From Candidatus Poribacteria bacterium (GTDB lineage Bacteria; Poribacteria; WGA-4E; PCPOR2b), in contig OZ242326.1 of NCBI GenBank assembly GCA_965208325.1, positions 640,001-704,000 on the forward strand: a stretch of DNA of 64,000 nt, written 5' to 3'. The translations under genes were made by a program, and so were the position numbers. The stretch's first letter is position 1; each line of letters opens with the position of its first letter. Positions 1-9,807 of this stretch are shown here, piece after piece. The notes below the pieces were generated by a model. That model was not told where the DNA came from, made no database searches, and worked only from the letters and a program-made list of their open reading frames with translations.

Positions 1-1395
1 TTACGTTTTTCATGGAACCCGCTCTACCCAACCTACAAAACCATAAAGACTATCGCCTTCCCTATTCGGTCAGTTGATCCTCCTTGGTAAGGAGGGGAAT
101 AAAAACAAAAGAACTTCCCACAGCATACCACGTTGTCGTGAAGTCGAGAGGTTTGAAAAGCGTTGGGTTTCGCTGTAAGCATAAAAATCTCGAACTCAAT
201 CGGCAAACTATACTCATGCTGGATAGCTTACATTTTTCATGGAAACCGCTCTACCCAACCTACAAGAGCTATTGCGTACAAAATTATCGGGAATTGGCAT
301 TTCCTCCTACAGGCATAATTCGGTAGGAATTATCTCCGATTCTCGACACGCTAGGTCAATGGTTCCTCAATAATCGGGAAAGGGATTTCCCTCCCACAAG
401 GCTCATATTCTTCGGTATTTGTATGTTGGGAAGAGCCAACGACGAAACCCAACCTACATAATTACAATGACTATCGCCTTCCCTATTCGGTCAGTTGATC
501 CTCCTTGGTAAGGAGGGGGATAAAAACAAAAGAACTTCCCACAGCGTACAACGATGTCTGGAAGTCGAGAGTTTTGAAAAGCGTTGGGTTTCGCTGCGGG
601 TATACAAGTCGTGAACTCAATCGACAAACTATATTCATGCTGGATAGCTTACGTTTTTCATGGAACCCGCTCTACCCAACCTACAAGAGCTACTGCGTAC
701 AAAATTATCGGGAATTGGCATTTCCTCCTACAGTCGTAATGCGGTAGGAATGATTTCCGAATCTCGACACGCTAGGTCAATGGTTTCTCAATAATCGGGA
801 AAGGGATTTCCCTCCCACAGGGTTCGTGTTTTGCGGCTTTTGTAGGGTGGGTAGAGCCAACGGCGGAACCCAACCTACAAAATTACAAAGACTATCGCCT
901 TCCCTATTCGGTCAGTTGATCCTCCATAGTAAGGAGGGGAATAAAATCTCGCAATACCGAACGTGTTTTTGCCGTCGAGAGGTTTGAAAAGCGTTGGGTT
1001 TCGCTGTAAGCATAAAAATCTCGAACTCAATCGACAAACTATATTCATGCTGGATAGCTTACATGTTTCATAGAACCCGCTCGACGCAACCTACAAGAGC
1101 TACTGCGTACAAAATTATCGGGAATTGGCATTTCCTCCTACAGTCGTAATGCGGTAGGAATGATTTCCGAATCTTGACACGCTAGGTCAATGGTTCCTCA
1201 ATAATCGGGAAAGGGATTTCCCTCCCACAGGGTTCGTGTTTTGCGGCTTTTGTAGGGTGGGTAGAGCCAACGGCGAAACGCAACCTACAAAATTACAAAA
1301 TTTATTGCCATCTCTAATCGGTCTGTTGATTCTCCTTGGTAAGGAGGGGAAAAAATATGAAAATCCTCTCCTTTGACAAGGGGGAGGTTGAGATT
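1..1395. repeat. Tandem array of a ~421-bp composite REP-like unit (about 3.2 copies, running off the left edge)
   Basis: The module GACTATCGCCTTCCCTATTCGGTCAGTTGATC recurs at 48, 469, 890 and (degenerate) ~1300. Units contain GTAGGGTGGG..CCCAACCTAC, CCTCCTTGGTAAGGAGG and GGGAAAGGGATTTCCCTCCCAC palindromic modules. Confidence 0.95.
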
Positions 1396-1447
1396 GATAA
1401 ACGAAAGAGAGCGAACGCTACGAAAACGAATAAAGGAGGCTGTAACC

Positions 1448-2266
1448 ATGTTAAGAGCACCTGTATCATTAACTCTAATTCTTGTCATGTCGGCGGGATG
1501 GGTTGGTATCACAGCCGTTGTTGGAGAAGCGGCGATTGACGAAGACGTGGTGCTTGCCATGCCGTTTGATACAGAAGAAGCCAAAGACATTTCTTCTCTT
1601 GAACATACGGGCGTGCTAGAAGGGGACGTCAAGCTCGTAGAAGGAAAGATTAAAAAAGCCCTGAGTTTCGATGGTGATGGCGACAAGGTTGTGGTTGAGA
1701 GCAAGGGTGATGCGCTGGACATCGTCGATACTGACGCCACGATTGTGATGTGGGCGAAGTTCGCCAACTCCGGTGTAAAATTCGATGCCTTCTGTGCCAA
1801 AAACGAGGGCGGCGGCGAAAAACCGAAATGGGTATTCTACAATAGACCCGATGACAACGCTAGACCCGGACTCACCTTCCACATCAATTCCGGCGATCAC
1901 GATCCCCTCTGGTTTGGTAAAGTCCCTTTTGTCGCTGATAAGGGCAAATGGTATCAAATCGCCGTGGTCGTGGAAGGGCATGACTACATTTTTTATGTGG
2001 ATGGAAAAAATGTTGGCGAAGAGTCAGATGCTACGAAGGAGAAGATATCTTTGGTCGAACGTGCGCCCCTGACAATCGGGTGGTCTGAAGGCAACTTTTT
2101 CTTCAACGGCGTCCTGGATGAGTTCCTTATGGTCAAAAGGGCTTTGACCGCGGAGGAACTTAGCAGCCACTTTGACGGCGGTGTAGAGGGATTCTTGGCT
2201 GTTCAGCCCCGTGGGAAACTTAGCGCAGTCTGGGGCAAAATCAAGGCTGATGCATTCCGCCATTGA
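1448..2266 (+). CDS. Secreted LamG-like jellyroll (concanavalin A-like) domain protein
   Basis: ATG 1448 after AAGGAGG; signal-peptide-like N-terminus; GKIKKALSFDG, WYQIAVV, FYVDG and FNGVLDEF motifs; C-terminal AVQPRGKLSAVWGKIK. Confidence 0.85.
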   Translation: MLRAPVSLTLILVMSAGWVGITAVVGEAAIDEDVVLAMPFDTEEAKDISSLEHTGVLEGDVKLVEGKIKKALSFDGDGDKVVVESKGDALDIVDTDATIVMWAKFANSGVKFDAFCAKNEGGGEKPKWVFYNRPDDNARPGLTFHINSGDHDPLWFGKVPFVADKGKWYQIAVVVEGHDYIFYVDGKNVGEESDATKEKISLVERAPLTIGWSEGNFFFNGVLDEFLMVKRALTAEELSSHFDGGVEGFLAVQPRGKLSAVWGKIKADAFRH

Positions 2267-2362
2267 TTTAAGGTTTAGAGCCTGTTTGAACGTTAGATGG
2301 CAAAGCCATTTTTGGGCGTTTGAGTTGCTAAAACTGGTGGAACTTCTATCGCGCGGCATTTA

Positions 2363-2540
2363 ATATCGCCATCGCTATTCGCTCAGTTAAACCAATTCGG
2401 TTGCTTGATGCCACCAAATACCTTACTCCAGCATTGTGCGGGGCAAGATGCCCCGCCTACAGGGCGTGTTGACGTACGCCCGGCAAGGAAGATCTCTATC
2501 GCACTTCCTATGCAGTCGCTCGATCCCCGCCTACGGAGGG
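2363..2540. repeat. Intergenic REP-like cluster
   Basis: Degenerate copies of the CTATCGCC..GATC module plus a GCGGGGCAAGATGCCCCGCCTAC hairpin. Confidence 0.7.
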
Positions 2541-2694
2541 TAGTGGGGTACTATACACCTGTTGTCCGCCTGGGGCCGTATAAAATTAATTTTCAAACAA
2601 GTTCTTAAGGCAGGTACCGTCTGGAGAGAGTTTTCCGCTTGCCAAAATTGGAATTTAGTCCAGATAAAATTGTGGCTTTTAGGAGGATTGGGTC

Positions 2695-3534
2695 GTGGAA
2701 TTGACAGATGAGGAACGGTACAACATAGAGCAGCGTACGTATGACTGCAAGCCCACCCTGACAGACAGTCAGGTGCTGGAATTTTGCAAACAAGGGTTTC
2801 TCTTGCTAGAGGGTGTTGTTCCGGACGAGATTAATCGCAGGACATTCGAGTATCTTGAAAATAACACCTATTACGAACCGACCGAAATCCTCAGAGAAGA
2901 GTGGTTCGTCGAGGCTGTAATTCTCAACACGCAGGCGGCGGGTTCAATCCGGTCGTTGCTCGGGGCGAGTTTTGGCTTACCGATTCTTATGAGCCAGCAT
3001 CGGGTTGAGTGTCCGACTTCGGCGCAGGGCTGGCATCGCGATGCCAGCTCGAAATTCGGTCCTGAACTGACCTCCCTGCAGGTGTTTTATTACCCTCAAA
3101 ATACACCTGAGGAGTTGGGGCCGACCGAAATATTGCCGGGGTCACATCTTTCCTATGCGCGTCAAATAGGGCACTACGGCAGCATTCGCGGCGCGCACAA
3201 AACGACGGCGCCCGCGGGCAGCATCTTCATCACGGTCTATTCGATTTGGCACCGGCGCGCAGCTTCCACCGCGGACGGGATGCGCCATATGTTGAAATAC
3301 AACTACTGGCGGACGGTATCACCGGAACGTGATTGGATCCGCGAGCCGGACTTTGATTTTGACTCGGCTAATTATGGCCCGGATCGGCTGCAAAGCGCTC
3401 AGATGTTCTACTGGTTGTGCGGTAAGGCAAACCAATACCGCTGGGTAGGCGGCCAAGCGTGGCCCATGCGTTATAGCCGGGGAGCCAACTACAAGCCGTA
3501 CGGATCGCCATCTGCGCCGCCGAGACGCGGTTAG
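2695..3534 (+). CDS. Phytanoyl-CoA dioxygenase (PhyH) family Fe(II)/2OG dioxygenase
   Basis: GTG after AGGAGG; QGFLLLEGVV, WHRD, GPTEILPGSH and IWHRR motifs (HxD...H triad). Confidence 0.85.
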   Translation: MELTDEERYNIEQRTYDCKPTLTDSQVLEFCKQGFLLLEGVVPDEINRRTFEYLENNTYYEPTEILREEWFVEAVILNTQAAGSIRSLLGASFGLPILMSQHRVECPTSAQGWHRDASSKFGPELTSLQVFYYPQNTPEELGPTEILPGSHLSYARQIGHYGSIRGAHKTTAPAGSIFITVYSIWHRRAASTADGMRHMLKYNYWRTVSPERDWIREPDFDFDSANYGPDRLQSAQMFYWLCGKANQYRWVGGQAWPMRYSRGANYKPYGSPSAPPRRG

Positions 3535-3638
3535 GCGGCGGGCGGATCGTAAACGTCTGTTATTGTACCTTTTTATAGCAATTACAACTAAAAATTACAC
3601 ATCAGGTTCAATTCGGTCAAAAAGCGTGTAACCCCCAA

Positions 3639-3725
3639 AACTATCGCCTTCGCTATCCGCTCAGTTGATCGCTCCTTATTCGGTCGCTTGATTCTCGAAA
3701 ATCGGGAAAAGGATTTCCCTCCCAC
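3639..3725. repeat. Intergenic REP-like cluster
   Basis: CTATCGCCTTCGCTATCCGCTCAGTTGATC followed by ATCGGGAAAAGGATTTCCCTCCCAC. Confidence 0.8.
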
Positions 3726-3864
3726 TGCGTGGCTGCGTGCGAATTTCTGGACTTGTGGGTAATAGTAAAGTTATCAGGGGGGTGTATGGATGTGCGAAAT
3801 ATTAAGAAAAAATGGCTATGGGTCTCCATCTCGACCGAATGTTCATAACAGAAAGGAGAAGAAA

Positions 3865-4683
3865 ATGAGAATTGTATTATTTGTCCCGTGGATCGTTGGT
3901 TTGGTGTTCGCTTCCTCTTTTGGGGAAGCAGCGGTCATTGACCGAGACATTGCGCTCGCCATGTCGTTTGACGAAGCCGGTGTTAGAGACCTGTCCCCCC
4001 ACGGCAATGACGGCGTCCTAAAAGCGGGCGCCAGAAAGGTAGAAGGCAAGTTCGGAAAAGCCCTTAGCCTGAATGGTTCGAACCAGCATGTGGAGATAAA
4101 AAATCATGACAGTCTCATCCTATTTAGGTCCGACTTCACAATGGCGGTATGGTTGAATTTTGCTACAGCCCCGCCGAAGGGCACAAGAGGGGTGGAAGGG
4201 TTTTCAATAATGAGTCACGATGAAGGGCCCGGAAGTACGGACAAGTGGATTTGGTGGTATACCGGCGGCGCAATACACCTCCATATCCATATCAAAAATT
4301 GCTTTTGCGGTAAAGCTGCAACCGCTTGGATTAACTCTGACAGATGGGCCGCCGATTTAGATGAGTGGCATCAGGTAGCCCTGGTTAGGGTGGGTAACAA
4401 GTACGCTTATTACCTGAACGGCGAGCCATTTGGAGAATTCGATGATAACACCGATCCGACGCCGATGCCCAAAACAATTGACAGCGACTTCCTCATCGGA
4501 TGGTCAGAAGGCCCGTTTTTCTTCAGCGGCCTTCTTGATGAAATCCTGATTGTTAAAAGGCCTCTGAGCCAGGAGGAAATCCTCAGCCACTTCCAAGGCG
4601 GATTGAGCGGCTTTCTGTCTGTTCAACCTTATGATAAGCTCTCCACAACCTGGGCTAACCTTAAGGTGGATGCACTTCATTGA
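3865..4683 (+). CDS. Secreted LamG-like jellyroll domain protein (paralog of 1448..2266)
   Basis: ATG 3865 after AAAGGAG; GKFGKALSLNG, WHQVALV and IGWSEG..FSGLLDEI; tail SVQPYDKLSTTWANLK. Confidence 0.85.
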   Translation: MRIVLFVPWIVGLVFASSFGEAAVIDRDIALAMSFDEAGVRDLSPHGNDGVLKAGARKVEGKFGKALSLNGSNQHVEIKNHDSLILFRSDFTMAVWLNFATAPPKGTRGVEGFSIMSHDEGPGSTDKWIWWYTGGAIHLHIHIKNCFCGKAATAWINSDRWAADLDEWHQVALVRVGNKYAYYLNGEPFGEFDDNTDPTPMPKTIDSDFLIGWSEGPFFFSGLLDEILIVKRPLSQEEILSHFQGGLSGFLSVQPYDKLSTTWANLKVDALH

Positions 4684-4764
4684 AAAGTCTTCCTTGCGGG
4701 CGCTTGACAGCAATTGCCCCAAACAAGCGGCTGTAGGCAATGCCGTACGAAAATGGTACTGCGG

Positions 4765-5622
4765 ATGAAGGGTCTAAGTTGCGATTCAGGAATGCTTCAC
4801 ATGTTCAGTGTGGAACAAGCCATTGATGTGCTCGCAGCGCAAGGCTATCAAGCTATCGACATTAGCCTTGAGAAAGGGCGCCCCATCCTGCCGGTTCCAC
4901 AGGCGCACATGAGTCCGGATGCAGATGCGAACACACGCCGGCAGGTGCGAACGCATGCCGAGCAAGCCGGCGTAACCATCTTGGCATTGAATGCCACCAC
5001 AAATCTCATCTACAATGTGCCAGAGACGAGGCAAGCCAACCTGAAATTCGTGATGGGAGCGTTGGAACTCGCGTCGGATCTTGACGCAAGGTACGTGGTC
5101 ACCGGCGGCGGTTCGAAGAAATTCTATGGGCGGGAAAGCCAGTATTGGGAATGGTTGCTAGCCGCGCTGCGCGCACTGCTGTCCCGGGCTAACCAACTGG
5201 GAGTGACGCTAGCGTTCGAAGCAGCGGGACCATACGGCCGCTTTGTGCACAATCTAAGCCGGGTGAAGCATCTGCTGAGTTGTGAGGGACTGGAGGCTCT
5301 GCGGGTCGTGTTTGACCCGAGCCATTACCACCTCAGAGGAGATTCGGTAGTGATGGCGTACGAAGCGTTGAGCCGCCATATAGTACACGTGCACACCAAG
5401 GACGCTAAGGGCGACGCGGAGGATTTCGAGTTTCCGCCGCTGGGTGAGGGTGAGGTGGATTTCGACGGACTTCTAGGCGCAATCGTTGCGGACGCCTATG
5501 ACGGTTACATCTCGGTCGAGTACGAGGGTTTTGCCTGGGGTTATGAAAGCGACTGCCGGAAAGTGCTTGCTGACAGCAAATCCTTCATTAACCGCATCCT
5601 CGCCTCGAAGCAAAACCTTTGA
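4765..5622 (+). CDS. Sugar phosphate isomerase/epimerase (xylose isomerase-like TIM barrel)
   Basis: LAFE, FDPSH, HVHTKD, PLGEGEVDF and YISVEYE motifs; start chosen by alignment with the 8855 paralog (MKGLSC). Confidence 0.85.
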   Translation: MKGLSCDSGMLHMFSVEQAIDVLAAQGYQAIDISLEKGRPILPVPQAHMSPDADANTRRQVRTHAEQAGVTILALNATTNLIYNVPETRQANLKFVMGALELASDLDARYVVTGGGSKKFYGRESQYWEWLLAALRALLSRANQLGVTLAFEAAGPYGRFVHNLSRVKHLLSCEGLEALRVVFDPSHYHLRGDSVVMAYEALSRHIVHVHTKDAKGDAEDFEFPPLGEGEVDFDGLLGAIVADAYDGYISVEYEGFAWGYESDCRKVLADSKSFINRILASKQNL

Positions 5623-5684
5623 ACGGTTGGAGTCAACGCACTCTTTCAGAATCCAATTTAATGGTCAAATTGAGGAGGCCACCG

Positions 5685-6437
5685 ATGTCCGTTGAAGAAG
5701 CTATCCGCCATCTTGCAACCTATGGTTACTGCGTGCTTGAAGACCGCATTCCGGCGGAGCGTGCGCAACGCATGGCAAAGAAATATTTGGAACTGCACAA
5801 TGACCCAGCGGACAGCTCGTCAAGCGTCAGTAGCAGCCACTATCAGACGGTGTTTGGAATACTGAATCTTGATGATATGGCATGGGCGTGCGCGACATGC
5901 CCGGAGGTGCTAGCCGTCGCCCGACATTTCCTGGGTGAACGCATCCGCATTGTTTCAGGCGGTTGTTCAAAAGTGACCTATCCCGGTGCGCAGGATCAGT
6001 CTCTGCACGTGGATTCCGCCGGTTTTTTCCTTGAAGTGCCGAATATCCCGTGGCTGATTAACTCGATTTGGATGCTCACGGACTTCACGGTCGAGAACGG
6101 CGCCACGGGTGTTGTGCCGATGAGCCATTTGTCGCGCCGGAATCACCCGCCAAACGGGATGGGGCCAGAGCACCCTTTGGTAAAACCTGTGACGGGCCGG
6201 GCGGGTTCGGTCCTGATGTGGCATTCCGGGCTTTTTCATGCCGCACGTGCCAATCAAACCGATCAAATTCGTGTTGGACTCAACATGGGCTACTACCCGC
6301 GCTGGTTCAATAACTGGATGATGGGAGGCCACCAACCCATCTGGCCTGAGACATACAAGCGCATGCCCCCCGAAATGAAAGCCTTGTGTCCCGGCCGTTT
6401 GGCGAAGAACCGTGCTGACCTTTATGAAAATCCGTAA
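5685..6437 (+). CDS. PhyH family dioxygenase
   Basis: ATG after GAGGAGG; YGYCVLED, LHVD, WMLTDFTVENGATGVVPMSH and LFHAARAN. Confidence 0.88.
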   Translation: MSVEEAIRHLATYGYCVLEDRIPAERAQRMAKKYLELHNDPADSSSSVSSSHYQTVFGILNLDDMAWACATCPEVLAVARHFLGERIRIVSGGCSKVTYPGAQDQSLHVDSAGFFLEVPNIPWLINSIWMLTDFTVENGATGVVPMSHLSRRNHPPNGMGPEHPLVKPVTGRAGSVLMWHSGLFHAARANQTDQIRVGLNMGYYPRWFNNWMMGGHQPIWPETYKRMPPEMKALCPGRLAKNRADLYENP

Positions 6438-6625
6438 TCTGAGCGCTTGAGAAGTACGTACCTAGACAGAATTATATTGATAAGACAAAAGCGTATTGGG
6501 GCAGCGGAGCGTTGATGCTCCGTTACTTTAGTTTTCCATCTCCCTGCATCACACGAATTGCATGATTTTTTTATAAAGGAGCGAAACGGCGAATCACCAC
6601 CGCGACTCAGCAGTGAGGACAAATT

Positions 6626-8560
6626 GTGAATCAATTCGCCCTCATAGAAAACGACAGGGCAAGTGGAATTCCTCTCCGAGTGATGGTCATTGGGCTTATT
6701 TTGGTTGTCGTTAACGCCTATTGGATTTCAGTCAATGACCTCGTGAGGGGGCTATCCCATAACTACATGTCGCTCTTTAGCAATGCCGTTTTCACGTTTT
6801 TTGTGGTGATTCTCTTCAACCTGCTACTTAAGAAACTTGCTCCGAATCTTGCGCTCAGGGACTCCGACCTGCTGGTCATCTACGTGATGGTCGTCATCGT
6901 GACGACCATGTCCGGAAAGCGAACCAACAGGTTGATTTCGATTTTATCTCACCCTTTTTGGTTCGCCACGCCGGAAAACGACTGGCGGGATTTATTCTGG
7001 CGGCATATCCCCGCGTGGTTTACAGTCAAGGACGAAGATGTTCTCAGTGGGTTTTTTCTTGGCGAAACCTCCTTCTTTGCCCAGCCCTACATCAAAGCTT
7101 GGCTTGGACCGCTGTTCTATTGGTCCGCCTTTACGTTAGTGCTTTGCTTTGTCCTATTTTGCATCAACACCATTATCCGAAAGCAATTCACAGAGCATGA
7201 GAGGCTTACGTATCCGATTACCTGGCTGCCGCTGGAGATAGGCCGTGACACATCCGCATTCTTGAAGAACAAGTTGATGTGGGTAGGATTTGGCATCGCG
7301 GCTGGCGTGAGTCTGCTAAATGGTTTAAATGTCTTCTATCCTGTATTCCCTTCAATCCCTGTTGGGTGGACACGGATTGACTTCCCGGATAAGCCTTGGA
7401 GTTACATGGGCGGGACATTAGTTTCCTTCCAGTTGTTTTTCATCGGTCTCTCCTATTTCATGCCGCTAGACCTCGCCTTTTCAGCATGGTTCTTCTATCT
7501 CTTGCAAAAATTGATACGAATGTTGACAGGCATGATGGGCTGGCGGGAGCTCTACTTTCATGAACAGGCTCAAGGCGCGTGGATTGGATTGGGTTTTTTG
7601 GCGTTGTGGGTCGGACGCAGACACCTGAAACGGGTTTTCATCCAAGCAGCGACGGGAAAGGGGAAGATAGATGATGCTCAAGAACCGATGCGATATCGGA
7701 CTGCGCTTTGGGGTATTACGGCAGGCCTGTTGTTTCTCCTCTGGTTTGCTTATAAGGCCGGATTATCTTTTTGGGTACTGCTGCTGTTCTTTGGGATATA
7801 CTGTTGCAGCGCTATTGGTGTGACTAAAGTGAGGGCTGGTCTTGGACTCGGTTTTCATGAGATTCTACAACTCGATCCTGGCCGGACAATGGTGACGGCA
7901 GCCGGAACACGAGTGTACGGCTCACGAAATTTGACGGTTCTGACGTTTTTTTACTGGCTAAACCGGGATCAGCCCAATCATCCGATGCCCAATCAGCTCG
8001 AAGCTTTTCGTATTGGCGAACAAGCCAATATCAATAATCGGAAGCTATTGTGGGCGATGCTTATCACCTTGGCTGTCGGCATACCGGTGAGCTTTTTAAT
8101 ATACCTAAGCCTCTTGTATAGCCTGGGAGCCGATAATACGGGACCGTGGATCATCGGGATAGGAAGAGAAGGATTTGCACGGCGGCTTCAAATGTGGCTA
8201 AGTAATCCATTGGGGCGAGATTACGTGACCATGGGTTTTATGGGGTACGGTTTTTGTGTCACCGGTTTTCTGTTAGCCATGAAAGTGAGGTTTCTGTGGT
8301 GGCCGTTTCATCCGGTTGGCTACGTGCTTGCGATAAGCCCGGGTGAGATGGTCTATATTTGGTGTCCGCTTCTCATCAGTTGGGCAATTAAACTTGCTAT
8401 CCTCCGGTATGGGGGGTTGAAGGCGTACCGCAGGGCAATCCCGTTCTTTGCTGGCCTGATAATGGGCGACTACACCATGGGCGGCGTTTGGAGCGTCATT
8501 AGCGCGGTGTTCAAAATTACAACGTATCACATGGGATGGCACCCGCAGTTGCCTCAATGA
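6626..8560 (+). CDS. Polytopic membrane protein, DUF6785/DUF6784-like (OPT-related putative transporter)
   Basis: Many hydrophobic helices; ERLTYP, MPLDLAFSAWFFY, MPNQLE, WWPFHPVGY and PFFAGLIMGD motifs. Confidence 0.7.
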   Translation: MNQFALIENDRASGIPLRVMVIGLILVVVNAYWISVNDLVRGLSHNYMSLFSNAVFTFFVVILFNLLLKKLAPNLALRDSDLLVIYVMVVIVTTMSGKRTNRLISILSHPFWFATPENDWRDLFWRHIPAWFTVKDEDVLSGFFLGETSFFAQPYIKAWLGPLFYWSAFTLVLCFVLFCINTIIRKQFTEHERLTYPITWLPLEIGRDTSAFLKNKLMWVGFGIAAGVSLLNGLNVFYPVFPSIPVGWTRIDFPDKPWSYMGGTLVSFQLFFIGLSYFMPLDLAFSAWFFYLLQKLIRMLTGMMGWRELYFHEQAQGAWIGLGFLALWVGRRHLKRVFIQAATGKGKIDDAQEPMRYRTALWGITAGLLFLLWFAYKAGLSFWVLLLFFGIYCCSAIGVTKVRAGLGLGFHEILQLDPGRTMVTAAGTRVYGSRNLTVLTFFYWLNRDQPNHPMPNQLEAFRIGEQANINNRKLLWAMLITLAVGIPVSFLIYLSLLYSLGADNTGPWIIGIGREGFARRLQMWLSNPLGRDYVTMGFMGYGFCVTGFLLAMKVRFLWWPFHPVGYVLAISPGEMVYIWCPLLISWAIKLAILRYGGLKAYRRAIPFFAGLIMGDYTMGGVWSVISAVFKITTYHMGWHPQLPQ

Positions 8561-8683
8561 TAAAATGGGAGTTAATCTTTGATTCTTGGGAAATGTGCGC
8601 GCGCACCGAGCTTTGCATAGCTCGTGGGGCGAAAAACAAAAAATTTGTGACGCACGCAGGCATGCGAGTCTGTGTAAAATGGC

Positions 8684-8712
8684 TTGACAGAACTTTTGTC
8701 CCGTGATAAATT
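8684..8712 (+). promoter_or_regulatory. Putative sigma70 promoter for the isomerase-ADH-BKACE genes
   Basis: TTGACA-17 nt-TAAATT with TG extension. Confidence 0.5.
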
Positions 8713-8854
8713 CGCTGTCATAATGAGGCCTCGATGAGGTTATCAAGATGAACGTTAGCCAGTAATCGCCAATTTCTCAAATTCTGGCCGTGCTCGTAAT
8801 GACGCAATTCATCGCCAATAGGAATTGGCAGGACAGCGTAAGTGAAAACATGAG

Positions 8855-9706
8855 ATGAAAGGGCTGAGTTGCAATTCCGGTCTCTTGAGCCAGTTCCCTG
8901 TCGAACAGGCTATTGATGTTCTCGCAGAACATGATTATCAAGCCATTGACATCAGTCTTGAGAAGGCGCCGCCGTTCTTGCCGCCGCCTCCGCCGCACAT
9001 GAGTTCACAGGCGGGAGCAGAGGAAAGAAGCCGCGTGCGCAAGCATGCAGAACGCGCCGGCGTGGCCATCGCCGCATTGAACGCGCACACGAATCTGATC
9101 CACGCCGTACCCGAGGTTAGGCAAGCTAACCTAAAATTTGTGGAGGGTGCACTGGAACTCGCATCAGATCTTGGCGCCCGATATGTGGTATTCGGCGGGG
9201 GGCGGAAAGAGTTTTATGGGCGGGAAAGCCAATTTTGGGAATGGCTGGTCGCTGCACTATGGCATCTGATAGCCCATGCGTCCCGTTTGGGGGTGATTCT
9301 CGCCGTGGAAGCGGGTAGTTCTCCCGGTTCCCTCCTGCATAGTCTCAGCCGCATGCAGTATCTACTGAGTCACGATGGCCTGGAAAATTTGGGAGTTCTG
9401 TTCGACTCGGGCCACTATTTCGTACGGGGGGATTCTGTAACTGGAGCTTACAGGGCGTTGAGTCAGCGAGTAGTTCACGTACACGCCAAGGACGCGAAGG
9501 GAAATTTGGAAGATTATGAGTTTCCGCCGCTGGGGCAAGGCGATGTTGATTTCGACGGGTTGTTGGGTGCAATGGCCGCGGCCAGCTACGACGGTTACAT
9601 CTCGATTGAATACGAGGCGTTCGCATGGGGTTATGAAAGCGACCCTCACAAAGTGCTGTCCGAGAGCAAAAGCTTTCTAGACCGCACTTTCGCTTTGAAA
9701 ACATGA
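8855..9706 (+). CDS. Sugar phosphate isomerase/epimerase (close paralog of 4765..5622)
   Basis: Same motifs; long identical blocks with the paralog (YQAIDISLEK, FYGRESQ, EFPPLG, FAWGYESD). Confidence 0.85.
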   Translation: MKGLSCNSGLLSQFPVEQAIDVLAEHDYQAIDISLEKAPPFLPPPPPHMSSQAGAEERSRVRKHAERAGVAIAALNAHTNLIHAVPEVRQANLKFVEGALELASDLGARYVVFGGGRKEFYGRESQFWEWLVAALWHLIAHASRLGVILAVEAGSSPGSLLHSLSRMQYLLSHDGLENLGVLFDSGHYFVRGDSVTGAYRALSQRVVHVHAKDAKGNLEDYEFPPLGQGDVDFDGLLGAMAAASYDGYISIEYEAFAWGYESDPHKVLSESKSFLDRTFALKT

Positions 9707-9807
9707 AAACGACGCATACGCTGAACATACACTTCATCTAAATGTGACCGGGTCGTTTTCAGTATAGACCGCTTTTGGGCTGAGAATTTGATAATTACCC
9801 TAATGCT

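Noticed and set aside
84..747. Two similar 80-aa ORFs (84..326, 505..747)
   Set aside because: They are read-throughs of the repeat unit; the third copy is disrupted; TTG starts lie inside a hairpin; no protein motif
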